DNA of 64,000 bases, from assembly GCA_964600435.1 (NCBI GenBank), contig CAZRJB010000001.1, positions 80,836-144,835 of the forward strand. Direction: 5' to 3'. The DNA comes from an uncultured Lachnospiraceae bacterium (lineage in GTDB: Bacteria > Bacillota > Clostridia > Christensenellales > UBA1242). Under the pieces are notes generated by a model. The model saw nothing but the letters and a program-made list of their open reading frames with translations, did no database searches and was not told the origin of the DNA. Numbering within the stretch: position 1 is the stretch's first letter; each line of letters begins with the position of its first letter. The position numbers and the translations under genes are program-made. Positions 47,501 through 58,200 of this stretch are shown piece after piece.

Positions 47501-48280
47501 CGTATGAACATTGGTCAGGTGCTAGAAGTTCATTTGGGCTTGGTTGCTGAAAGTTTAGGTTGGAAAGTTGCAACTCCTGCATTTGATGGAGCAACTCCAG
47601 AAACAGTTCAACAATTGTTAACTGCAAACGGTTTCCCAAGTGATGGAAAAATTCAATTGTATGATGGAAGAACAGGTGAACCATTCGACCATAAAGCAAC
47701 AGTTGGATATAAATATATGTTAAAACTAGACCACATGGTAGACAGCAAAATGCATGCTCGTTCAACTGGTCCTTACAGTGTTGTTACTCAACAACCACTT
47801 GGCGGTAAAGCAATGTTTGGTGGTCAACGTTTTGGTGAAATGGAAGTTTGGGCATTAGAAGCATATGGTGCTTCATCATTGTTGCAAGAAATGTTAACTG
47901 TTAAATCTGACGATATTGTTGGTAGAACAAAAACATATGAAGCAATTGTAAAAGGTGAACCAATTGCAGAACCAGGAATTCCAGAATCATTTAAAGTTTT
48001 AATAAAAGAACTTCAATCTTTGGGTCTAGACATCAAAATTTTAACAGAAGACCATCAAGAAGTTTCAATTGCTGAACTATCTTCAGACGAACTAGACAAC
48101 ACTCCATCTCTTGGAGCAGAAGTAGAACAAGAATTGAAAGATGTTTCAATAAACTTTGAAGACTTGTTGCCAGAAAATGCAAACAATACAACCGATACAG
48201 GTGTAACTGAAGAAGATATTGCTAGAAACGAATTTGATTCAAATTCATTGTTTGATGATTTTGATGACCTTGACGAGTAA
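44573..48280 (+). CDS. rpoB: DNA-directed RNA polymerase subunit beta
   Basis: Unmistakable RpoB sequence. AAAGGGAG precedes the ATG at 44573, so the ORF-track start at 44510 is rejected. Confidence 0.98.
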   Translation: MQEKMPTLKKVMYGTTERYSFSKLENACELPDLLEIQKNAYKEFLEHGILEILKEQSPITDYSGKAKLYFTGVDLGKEPKYSIKDCKIRKAAYSVPLKVNARLVVEDSGEAIDQEVYLCDIPLMTNQGSFVFNGTERVIVSQISRSPSVYFTRDKDDNSTLKAQLYPDHGTWLEIEQGANEVLKIVLDRTQKITLGLFLKCFGYSNDDIMTLFGNHRLIKNVLEKEPQTSQEEALIELARKTRPSDVPSAESTRNYINALFFTDAYYNINRVGRYKMNQKLSIANRLIDLISADNIAIDDEVVIKQGEQFTYEVARQIQDAGINEVWVLVNGERHLIRGNNRVKLSKVFPCDEKELGVLEDVYYPVLAQILKENKTKEKRIEAIRNHTRDLLITTLTMDDILASISYYLDLIDGIGKIDNIDHLSNKRIASVGELLGNAFRSGIKKLGAYIKETLQGKELTDVTPSQIINPRPVNKSLKDFIAQSQLSQFMDQINPLSGLTQKRRLSAVGPGGVKKERASAELRDIHYTHYGRICAIETPEGQSIGLISTLASYAKVNEYGFLETPYRKVNKETGAVEKTSEYHMSDIEDRAYICQATEPLDENGKFINKRIICRHGSAILEVPAHKVDYMDVSPRQFISAAASLIPFIENDDAARALMGSNMQRQAVPILRPEAPIVGTGMERPIAKDCGAMISAPENGTVTYVSSYHVDFLGDSGKEYSFPLIKFDKTNAYTCQNQKPAVKKGQKVKKGDVLIDGYSTQNGELALGKNVLVGYMNWEGYNYEDAILISERIVKDDVYTSINLKDVEMPCRTTKLGDEEITRDIPNLGEDALKNLDENGIVRIGSEVHPGDILVGKVTPKGETELTPEERLLRAIFGDKAREVRDTSLRVKHGCGGTVVDVQVLSKKNHDDLDPGVTMLVKVYIAQRRKLSVGDKMSGRHGNKGVVSRVLPEADMPFLADGRPLDLVLNPLGIPSRMNIGQVLEVHLGLVAESLGWKVATPAFDGATPETVQQLLTANGFPSDGKIQLYDGRTGEPFDHKATVGYKYMLKLDHMVDSKMHARSTGPYSVVTQQPLGGKAMFGGQRFGEMEVWALEAYGASSLLQEMLTVKSDDIVGRTKTYEAIVKGEPIAEPGIPESFKVLIKELQSLGLDIKILTEDHQEVSIAELSSDELDNTPSLGAEVEQELKDVSINFEDLLPENANNTTDTGVTEEDIARNEFDSNSLFDDFDDLDE

Positions 48281-48341
48281 AATTCGCACAAACAAAAGCG
48301 TAACAAAAACTTAAAGATAATTTAAAAAATGGGAGAAAATT

Positions 48342-51300
48342 ATGTTTGAATTAAACAACTTTGATTCAATTAAAATTGGCATTGCATCACCAGAAAAAAT
48401 TAGAGAATGGTCATTTGGCGAAGTAACAAAGCCAGAAACAATCAACTACAGAACTCAAAAACCTGAAAAAGATGGTTTGTTCTGCGAAAAGATTTTTGGA
48501 CCTAAAAAAGACTGGGAATGTCATTGCGGAAAATATAAACGTATTCGTTACAAAGGTGTTGTTTGTGATAAGTGTGGCGTTGAAGTAACAAGAGCAAAAG
48601 TTCGCCGTGAAAGAATGGGACACATAGAACTTGCTTGCCCAGTAACACATATTTGGTTTTTTAGGTCAGTACCATCTAGAATTGGAACAATTTTAGATAT
48701 CACTCCAAAAGCATTAGAGCAAGTTGTGTACTATGTTAATTACATTGTTATTGACCCAAAAAACACAGAATTTACTTATAAACAAATAATAACAGATAAA
48801 GAATATCGTGATGCACTTGAAAAATATGGTAGCAACGGTTTTGTTGCTAGCATGGGTGCAGAAGCAATAAAAATTTTGCTTTCACAAGTTAATTTGCAGA
48901 CCGAAAGTGATGAATTAAAAGAATTGCTTAAAACAGCAAAAGGGCAACGTAGAACAAAAGCAATTAAAAAACTTGCAATTGTTGAAAGCTTTTTAAAAAG
49001 TGACAACAAACCTGAATGGATGGTAATGGACGTGTTGCCAGTTTTGCCACCAGAACTTAGACCAATGGTTCAATTAGATGGTGGGCGTTTTGCAACATCT
49101 GACTTAAACGATTTGTATAGACGTGTTATCAACCGTAACAATCGTTTGAAAAAGTTGATGGAACTTGGTGCTCCAGACGTAATCATTAGAAACGAAAAAC
49201 GTATGTTGCAAGAGGCTGTAGATGCTTTAATTGATAATGGAAAACGTGGAAAAGCAGTTCAAGGTGCAAAACAAAAAGATTTAAAATCGTTAACAGCAAT
49301 TTTAACAGGTAAACAAGGTCGTTTCCGTCAAAACTTGCTTGGTAAACGTGTTGACTACTCAGGTCGTTCAGTTATTGCTGTTGGCCCAGAACTAAAAATG
49401 TTCCAATGTGGTCTTCCTAAAGAAATGGCTTTAGAGTTGTTTAAACCATTTGTTATTAAAAAATTGGTTGAAATGAACGAATGCAACAACTTTAAAACAG
49501 CAAAAAGGTTAATAGAGAAAGAAAAAACTGTTGTTTGGGACGTTTTGGCAGAAGTTATAAAAGACCATCCAGTTCTTTTAAACCGTGCTCCAACACTTCA
49601 CAGACTTTCAATTCAAGCATTTGAACCAATTTTGGTAGAAGGTAGAGCAATCAAACTTCACCCATCTGTTTGTTCAGGCTTTAATGCCGACTTCGATGGT
49701 GACCAAATGCCAGTTCACGTTCCACTTTCAATAGATGCTCGCACAGAGGCACGCAACTTAATGTTGGCTTCTAACAACATAATTAAACTTTCAGATGGGC
49801 AACCAATTGTTAACCCAGGACTAGACATTGTTTTAGGTTGTTATTACTTAACATTAATCAAACCAGGTGCAAAAGGTGAAGGCATGGCTTTTGCAAGTGA
49901 TGAAGAAGCTTTAATCGCTTATCAAACAAAAGTTATTGATATTAATGCAGAAATTATTTTAAGAAGAACAAAGGTTATTGATGGTGTTAGATATTCATCA
50001 AGAATGAAAACTTCTGCTGGTAGAATAATCTTTAACCAAGCAATTCCACAAAATTTAGGTTTGGTAGATAGAACAAAACCTGAAAACGTTTGCTTGCTAG
50101 AAATAAATTCACCAGTTATCAAAAAAGACCTTAAAAACTTGGTTGTTAAATGCTTTGACGTTTTAGGAACAACCGAATGTTCAGAAATGGTTGACAGAAT
50201 TAAAAACATGGGTTATAAACATGCAACATTGTCAGGCTTAACAATCAACGTGTTCGACATGCAAGAACCACCTAAAAAGGCAGACATTGTTGCCGATGCA
50301 CAAAAGAAAGTTTTAGACAATGAAAAATTATTGGCACGTGGCCTTATCACTCTAGACGAAAAATTAACTGCAAACATCACAACTTGGACAGAAACAACAA
50401 ACAAAGTTCAAGATGCTGTTTTGGAATATTTGGATGATTATAATCCAATTAAAATGTTCGTTTATTCTGGTGCCCGTGGTTCAAACGTTCAGTTGAACTC
50501 AATTTGTGGCATGCGTGGTATCATGGCTAACTCTTCTGGTCAAAAAGTGGACGTTCCAGTTAAATCATCATTCCGTGGTGGCTTAAGCCCACTTGAGTAT
50601 TTTATTTCTGCTCGTGGTGGACGTAAAACATTGACCGATACCGCATTAAAAACAGCAGACTCTGGTTATTTAACTCGTAGATTGGTAGACGTTTCTCATG
50701 ACGTTGTTGTAACAACAGAAGACTGTTTTGCAGACCTAGGTCAAAAAGTTAAAGGTGCTTTTGTTTCTGACCTTGTTCAAGATGGGGCAGTGTTAGAGGC
50801 TTTGTCTGACAGAATTGAAGGCAGATTTGTTGTTGATGATGTTGTTAATCCAGCAACTGGCGAAGTTATTGTTCCTGCAAACACAATGGTTTCAAAAGAA
50901 CAAGCAAAAGCAGTTACTGCAGCAGGGGTTAAACGTGTTCAAATTCGTAATTTATTAAATTGTCGTTGCAAACAAGGTGTTTGTGCTAAATGTTATGGTA
51001 AAAACATGTCTGGTAAAAACATTGTTAATGTTGGTGAAGCTGTTGGTGTTATTGCAGCACAAAGTATTGGTGAACCAGGAACTCAGTTAACAATGAGAAC
51101 ATTCCACACTGGTGGTGTTGCCGTTGCTGCCGACATAACAAAAGGTTTGCCTCGTGTTGAAGAACTTTTTGAAGCACGTAAGCCAAAAGGTGAGGCAATT
51201 ATTTCTGAAATTGCTGGTAAAGTGTCTTTAAAAGAAGAACCTCGTCAATTTGTTATAACTGTTAAATCTGCAGAAGATGAAGCAGTATACGAAGCAAAAA

Positions 51301-51902
51301 AACCTGTGTTTGTTAAAGTTAAAGATGGTGACGTTGTTGAACCAGGCGCTCAATTAACCGAAGGTTCAATCAATCCAAATGACCTTTTAAGAATTAAAGG
51401 TCTTAAAGGCTTGCAAGACTACTTGCTAAGTGAAGTTATTATGATTTATAAAGGGCAAGACGTTACAATCAACGATAAACATATTGAAGTAATTATCCGT
51501 CAAATGCTTAAAAAAGTAACAATTGAGTCCAGTGGAGATACAAATCTTCTTCCTGGTGACAAGGTTGATGTTTATGATTATGAAGAAGAAAATGATAGAG
51601 TGCTTGCCGAAGGTGGCGTTCCTGCATCTGCAAAACGCGCACTTTTGGGTATAACAAAAGCCGCTCTTGCAACAGATAGTTTCTTATCTTCTGCATCATT
51701 CCAAGAAACATCTAGAGTTTTAACTGATGCCGCGCTTCGTGGAAAAGTTGACACTCTTAAAGGTTTAAAAGAAAACGTTATCATTGGTAAATTAATTCCT
51801 GCAGGAACAGGTTTAAAACAATATAGAGAAATTTATCCTGTGGAACCAAATCCAAACTCAATTTTACAAAGACCAAATTTAATTTTTGATATGGCAGAAT
51901 AG
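48342..51902 (+). CDS. rpoC: DNA-directed RNA polymerase subunit beta'
   Basis: NADFDGD catalytic motif and zinc-binding Cys clusters. Confidence 0.98.
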
Positions 51903-51910
51903 TTTAAAGG

Positions 51911-51937
51911 CAAGGTGTAATTCACACCTTGTTTTTT
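51911..51937 (+). terminator. Rho-independent terminator after rpoC
   Basis: CAAGGTGT-aattc-ACACCTTG followed by T6. Confidence 0.8.
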
Positions 51938-52026
51938 AATTGCTTTAAAGAATAAATACTTATGTGTTGAGAAAAATATATTATGGGTTAAAATTGAACA
52001 TTTTGCCGAAAATTAGGGTTTTTTGT

Positions 52027-52055
52027 TTGACACATTTTTGTCATACGGGTAAAAT
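52027..52055 (+). promoter_or_regulatory. Near-consensus SigA promoter of the giant surface-protein gene
   Basis: TTGACA (52027-52032), 17-bp spacer, TAAAAT (52050-52055). Confidence 0.7.
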
Positions 52056-52104
52056 GAATTTATGAGTATGTTAGGCTTGCTTATTGCTTTGCCAACATAG
52101 AGGC

Positions 52105-52201
52105 GGGGGTTGGCGATTTTGCTCGCAAAATGCTCGCAAATGGGCTTGCTCCGCAAGCCCCCCCCCCGCGCGGGGGCGCCGGGGGGCGCCCACCCCCCCC
52201 C
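52105..52201 (+). promoter_or_regulatory. GC-rich structured leader element with C10 and C9 homopolymer tracts
   Basis: The element contains, in order:
- tandem TGCTCGCAAA x2 (52120-52140)
- hairpin GGGCTTGC-tcc-GCAAGCCC (52142-52160)
- C10 (52158-52167)
- palindrome CCCCCGCGCGGGGG (52163-52176)
- tandem GGGGGCGCC / GGGGGGCGCC (52172-52190)
- C9 (52193-52201)

54 of the 60 nt at 52142-52201 are G/C. Confidence 0.8.
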
Positions 52202-52230
52202 AACATAAAACAAATAGGGAGGAGTGTATT

Positions 52231-55200
52231 ATGAGAAAAAAAACAAAAACTATGCTTTTAACAATAATTGCTTTCTGTTTATGCATTGCTTGCATTTCTT
52301 TTGGCGTGTATGCCGTTCAATCTGCAAGCTTAAAAATTAACACCAACATTGGCTACAACATGCACGAACCAATTGTTAACATCTCTGGCACAATCGATAA
52401 CGGCTCATCTTCAACCACTTCCCAATCTTTTTCTAGGTCCGTTAGGTGCATAGAAGGGGTTTCAACCACAGAAACAATTTTCTCTTTTAACTCTCTCTCG
52501 TTTGTTCAATCCGGTTCAACCTTTTCAGATATGGAATTTTCTTTACAACTAGAAAATTTGGACACAACAAATGACATGTCTATGCAAATTGAACTTGTTT
52601 CAACCTTGCCAACTGGCGTTTCAGTTTCCACAAACAGTACATATGTTCAAATCCCATATGAAGATGGCTATTTAGTTAAAGGCTCTTCTTCAACACTAAA
52701 ATTTGGTTTTTCAAGCACTGCTGCCACAACATTAACAAACTTTAGTATCAAATTTAAATTCAGTCCAGCAAGCGAATTGCAATCAAAAACTTTCCCTACC
52801 GGATGGAAGGATGAAATTGCAACCACATCAAGCACAGCATCATTGTCTGCTTTCGCACTATCTGCTTCAACCTTAAACCAAACTTCAACACTAAGCATGA
52901 CAACAGCCCTTTCAGCCAACTCTTTAACATCAATCATGTTTGAAAAATCAGCCCCAGCAGGCTACACAAAAATTGGCGAACTTAGCACAGGCATAAGAGT
53001 ATATCAAAGCACCACCACATCAACCGACATAGCATTCGTGTGGGGGGGGGACATACTTGCTCCTGAGGATTGCACAAGATTGTTTGGAAACTGGTTTTCT
53101 TATATGAATAGTTTTCCGGCATTGAGTAAAATATCATTTAAGAATTTTAACACTGCAAATGTTACAAATATGTTTATGATGTTTCAAGGGTCGTCAAACA
53201 TAACAAGTTTAGAATATTTAACTAATTTTAACACTACAAGTGTTCAAGATATGGGATATATGTTTGCTAACTTAAAGATGATTACATCACTTGATTTAAG
53301 CAGTTTTGATATGAGTAATGTAACCGAGACTGGTTCTATGCTAAATTTCTATGATGATAATCCAGCAATAACTGAATTAAAAACCCCAAGAATAACAAAG
53401 AGTGAGATTAAAATTTTAAAGGCTGTTCTTTATTACAATAATGAGAAACAAACATCTGTTCCGGCCGGATTAACACAAAGCATAACATATACAAATCAAG
53501 TTCCTGCTGCAGCAACCTTTCCAACAGATTGGAAGACTCATTTGTCAAATGGAACATATATGGGATTAGTATTTATACCTTCAGAATATGAAAAAAATAG
53601 TAGCAATCTTACAAAAATTTCATTTGAGAAATCAGCACCAACTGGTTATACCAAAATAGGAAAGTTAAGAAATAGCATAAGCGTTTATCAAAACAACACA
53701 ACATCAACAGATATAGCATTTGTTTGGGGTGGAACAATAAATGCTCCAGAAAATTGTTCGGCTTTATTTGCTTCTTTATCTAGTGTTACGACATTTGAGT
53801 TTAACAATTTTGATACAACTAATACAACAAACATGTCTTCGATGTTTAATGGTTGCACAGCTCTTACAAGTTTGGATTTAAGTTCATTTAACATGGCTAA
53901 TGTTGGTAATTCGACCTACATGATGTTAGATTTTGACTGTAACAATTTACAGGAATTCAAAACACCATACAACAACTCATATGAGATTACAATAGATTCT
54001 AATGCATTGTATTACAACAACGAATTAGTAACATCTGTTCCGGCCGGATTAACACAAAGCATAACATATACAAATGTTGCACCTGCTTCATTATCATTTC
54101 CAACAAACTGGAAGACGGAAATGCAAGATGGATACTCATACATGGGTACAGTATATTATCCAACTGACAAGGTGATTGCTTATAATACATTAACATCAAT
54201 CATGTTTGAAAAATCAGCCCCAGCAGGCTACACAAAAATTGGCGAACTTAGCACGGGCATAAGAGTATATCAAAGCACCACCAAATTAACTGACATAGCA
54301 TTTGTGTGGGGGGGGGACATACTTGCTCCTGAGGATTGCACACAAATTTTTGGAACTGATAACAACAATCAAACAGCACTAACCTCAATAACTTTTAATA
54401 ACTTTAACACGGAAAATGTTAAAAAAATGAACGGAATGTTCAATAAAGCAATATCTCTTCAAACATTAGACTTGACCAAATTTAGCACGACAAATCTAAC
54501 TAATATGCGTACGATGTTCCAAAATTGCAGAAGTTTGACATCAATCACTTTTGGTTCAAGTTTTAACACTGAAAAAGTTACTGATATGACAGGTTTATTT
54601 TATTATTGTGAAAAATTAAATGCATTAGATATTACTAATTTTAACACTGCAAATGTTACAAATATGAGTTATATGTTTAATTATTGTAGTGTTCTTAAAA
54701 GTTTAGATTTAAGTAATTTTAATACTGCAAAAGTTACTGATATGAGTTTCATGTTTAATAACTGCAAAGAACTTACAAGCTTAAACTTAAGTAGCTTTAA
54801 CACATCATTGGTTGAAAATATGAAATCAATGTTTCAAGTATGTGAAAAATTGTCTTCGATAACATTTGGTTCAAACTTTAACACTGCAACAGTTTCCGAT
54901 ATGAGTTTTATGTTTACTTTTTGTTCGGGATTAACTTCATTGGATGTAAGCAATTTTAACACATCTAATGTTGAAAATATGGAACATATGTTCAAACAAT
55001 GTTCAAGTCTTAACACGCTAAATGTAAGCAGTTTTAACACTTCAAAAGTAACAAGTATGGATGCCATGTTCTTAAGTTGTAGTAGTTTAACAGAGTTGTC
55101 ATTAACAAATTTTGTTACAACTTCACTGCAAAGTGATTGTCCTAGTATGTTTTATAATTGTTCAGGATTAAAAAAACTTGATTTAAGTAGTTTTGATTTT

Positions 55201-58200
55201 TCAAATATAACTAATCATCTTGGTTCAGATAGCATGCTCAATTTTGGCCCTAGCAGTCAAATAGAAGAACTTAAAACACCATACGGCAGCACAGTGGCTC
55301 TTACAATCACCACAGGAAATACTCTATATAATTCTGATACAGGTTTATCAATCACATCAGTTCCTGCAAACACAACTGCAAGCTTAACATATGTGAATGT
55401 TGCACCTGCAACATTTGATGATACTTGGAAAACTCAAGTTGCAAGCACGGATTATATGACAACAGTCATAACTCCATCCAACATAACAAGCATTGCATTT
55501 GAAAAAACAGCACCAACAGGCTATTCTCAAATTGGAACATTAAGTTCAGGAATAAAAGTATATCAAAACACTAGCAACACAAACCAAATAACATTTGTTC
55601 ATGCAAACATAATTTATGCACCACAAAATAGTTCGTATCTATTCCAAAATTTAAGTTCATTAACAAACATCACATTTAATAATTTTAAAACAAATAATGT
55701 TCAACAAATGAATTATATGTTTGCATCATGCTATAATTTAGTTAATTTAGATTTGGGCAACTTTAACACTTCAAATGTTCAAGAAATGAATTATATGCTC
55801 TATGGTTGCTCAAATCTGGTAAGTGTAGATGTTAGCAGTTTTGACACATCAAGCGTAACATCAATATATGCTATGTTCTACTATGATTCATCAATCACAA
55901 CATTAGACTTAAGTAATTTCAACTTAACAAGTGTTACTTCAGCAGATGGTTTTTCAAATATGCTATACTTTGGTTCTAGCAACCATATCACACAATTAAA
56001 AACACCATACAACAATAAATATTCAATAACAATCACCACTGGCAGCACTTTGTATAATGATAACGAAATAGTAAAAAAAGTTTTAACCAACACAACTTCA
56101 AGTTTAACTTACACCAATACAGCACCAACCACAAAAACTTTTGATTCAAATTGGAAACAACAAATTGCAAGTTCGGCTTACATGTCAACAACATTGTCTA
56201 CAACAGAGATTAATATTATTAATTTTTTAGATTATGTTGACTATGATTATTGGAATAGAATAGGAACACTAAATTCGGGAATTCATGTTTATAAATATAA
56301 CAATAACAGTTTTGTACAGATTGGCTTTGTTTGGGGCAGCACAATCTATGCACCAACTTCATGCTATGAATTATTTAAAGACTTAACAGGTTTATCAGGC
56401 ATAGGTTTCTCAAACTTTAACACATCAAACACAAACAATATGTATCGTTTGTTTATGGGTTGCACTTCACTTACTAGAATTAATGATTTAACAAACTTTA
56501 ACACTGCAAATGTAACAAACATGGAAGCTATGTTTACAAACTGCCAAGCATTAACAAGTGTGAATGTTAGCAGTTTTAACACCGAAAAAGTTACAGACAT
56601 GGCTTATATGTTCCAACACTGTTATGAACTTACATCAATCTCATTTGGTTCAAACTTTAAAACAGGAAATGTTACAAGAATGGTGGAAATGTTCAGAAAT
56701 TGTAAAAAGATCACTTCACTTAATTTATCTACTTTTAACACAGCAAATGTAACAACCATGGTGGGAATGTTCCAAGGTTGCTTAGAACTTGTTTCTGTTA
56801 ATGTTAGCAGTTTTAACACCAAAAAAGTTCAAAACATGAATGCAATGTTTGCACAGTGCTCAAAATTGGAAGCAGCAGACCTTTCAAGTTTTGAAACTCC
56901 ACTTTGCACAGATATGGCTGGAATGTTTAATGATTGCACAAATTTAGAAAGTGTTAATTTGTCTAACTTTAGCAATGAAAAATTAACAACAATAGGTTGG
57001 ATGTTTGGAAGATGTACAAACTTGACAAATGTTAATTTAACTGCATTTAAAACTGATAATGTTACAAATTTAAGTAACATGTTCTATTTGGCATCAGGAA
57101 TAACAAATTTAGATTTGTCGGGGTTTAACTTGGCAAAAGCAACAAATGTGTCTGAAATGTTGAATTTTGACTCTAGCAGTCAAATTAAAGAACTTAAAAC
57201 ACCATACGGCAACACAATTGCAATTTCAATTACAACTGGCAGCACATTATATAATGCGGAAACGGGAAGTGTTGTAACATCAATTCCAGCAAACACAAAA
57301 GCAAGTTTAACATACACAAATGTTGCACCTGCAAACTTTACTTCAAATTGGAAATCGCAAGTTGCAAGCACTAGTTACATGACCACAACAGTAACACCAA
57401 CAAACTTAACAAGCATCAAATTTGAAAAAACTGCTCCAAGTGGTTATACTCAAATTGGAACAATAAGCAACAACATAAAAGTTTATAAAAGCACTAGTTC
57501 TTCAACATCAATTGCATTTGTTCATAGCGGAACAATACTTGCACCAACAGATTGCAACCATGCTTTCAGCGGTTTAACAAACATAACAAGCATTGCATTT
57601 AACAACTTTAGCACTGCAAACACAACAATCATGAATGATATGTTCTATAACAATACAAAACTTACATCAATAACATTTAACCCATATTTTAAAACAACAA
57701 AAGTTACAACCATGGCGGGCATGTTTAACAATTGCAACTTGTTGCCTTCAATTAATCTTTCAACATTTAGTTCGGAAGCATTAACAAAATGTAGCCATAT
57801 GTTTATAGATTGCAATTCTTTAACATCGCTAAGTTTTTCATCTGCTTTCACAATCGAAAAAGTGCAAGAAATGCAAGCCATGTTTGAAAATTGCTCATCT
57901 TTGCAAACCATTACTCATAGTTTTAAAACAACTTTGGCAACAAACATGAGTTATATGTTTAAAAATTGTTCGGCGCTCACTAGTTTAAGTGTTAGCAGTT
58001 TTAACACATCAAAGGTTACAGACATGGCTTATATGTTCTACAATTGCTCAAAACTTACAAGTTTAAGCCTCAGCAATTTTAACACATCAATTGTAACAGA
58101 CATGAACCACATGTTTAATTTTTGCTCAAAACTTACATCAATCAATTTAAGTTCTTTCAACACATCAAATGTTACAGCAATGAATGATATGTTTACAGCA

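Noticed and set aside
48040-48280. The acidic C-terminal tail of RpoB as an unusual extension
   Set aside because: B. subtilis RpoB, as I recall, also ends in a long Glu/Asp-rich tail, so this looks like a normal lineage feature.
44573-51902. Numerous 60-165 aa antisense or off-frame ORFs inside rpoB, rpoC, dnaK, dnaJ, tex, the flippase gene, the ABC gene and the giant repeat gene
   Set aside because: They are nested in well-supported genes, lack RBSs and have biased, low-complexity compositions, which is typical of shadow ORFs in long genes.
52084-52230. The ORF-track N-terminal extension of the giant protein (MLCQHRGGGWRFCSQNARKWACSASPPPARGRRGAPTPPQHKTNREECI...), and the minus-strand ORFs 52013-52213 and 52071-52295
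   Set aside because: They are open only because the GC-rich island lacks stop codons. No RBS precedes them. The ATG at 52231 has a strong AGGGAGGAG RBS and starts a classical signal/anchor peptide.
52924-54342. Diversity-generating retroelement (template/variable repeat pair) as the explanation for the 153-bp repeats
   Set aside because: There is no reverse transcriptase or accessory gene in the window. The 5 mismatches are A/G, C/A and C/T changes rather than adenine-specific substitutions.
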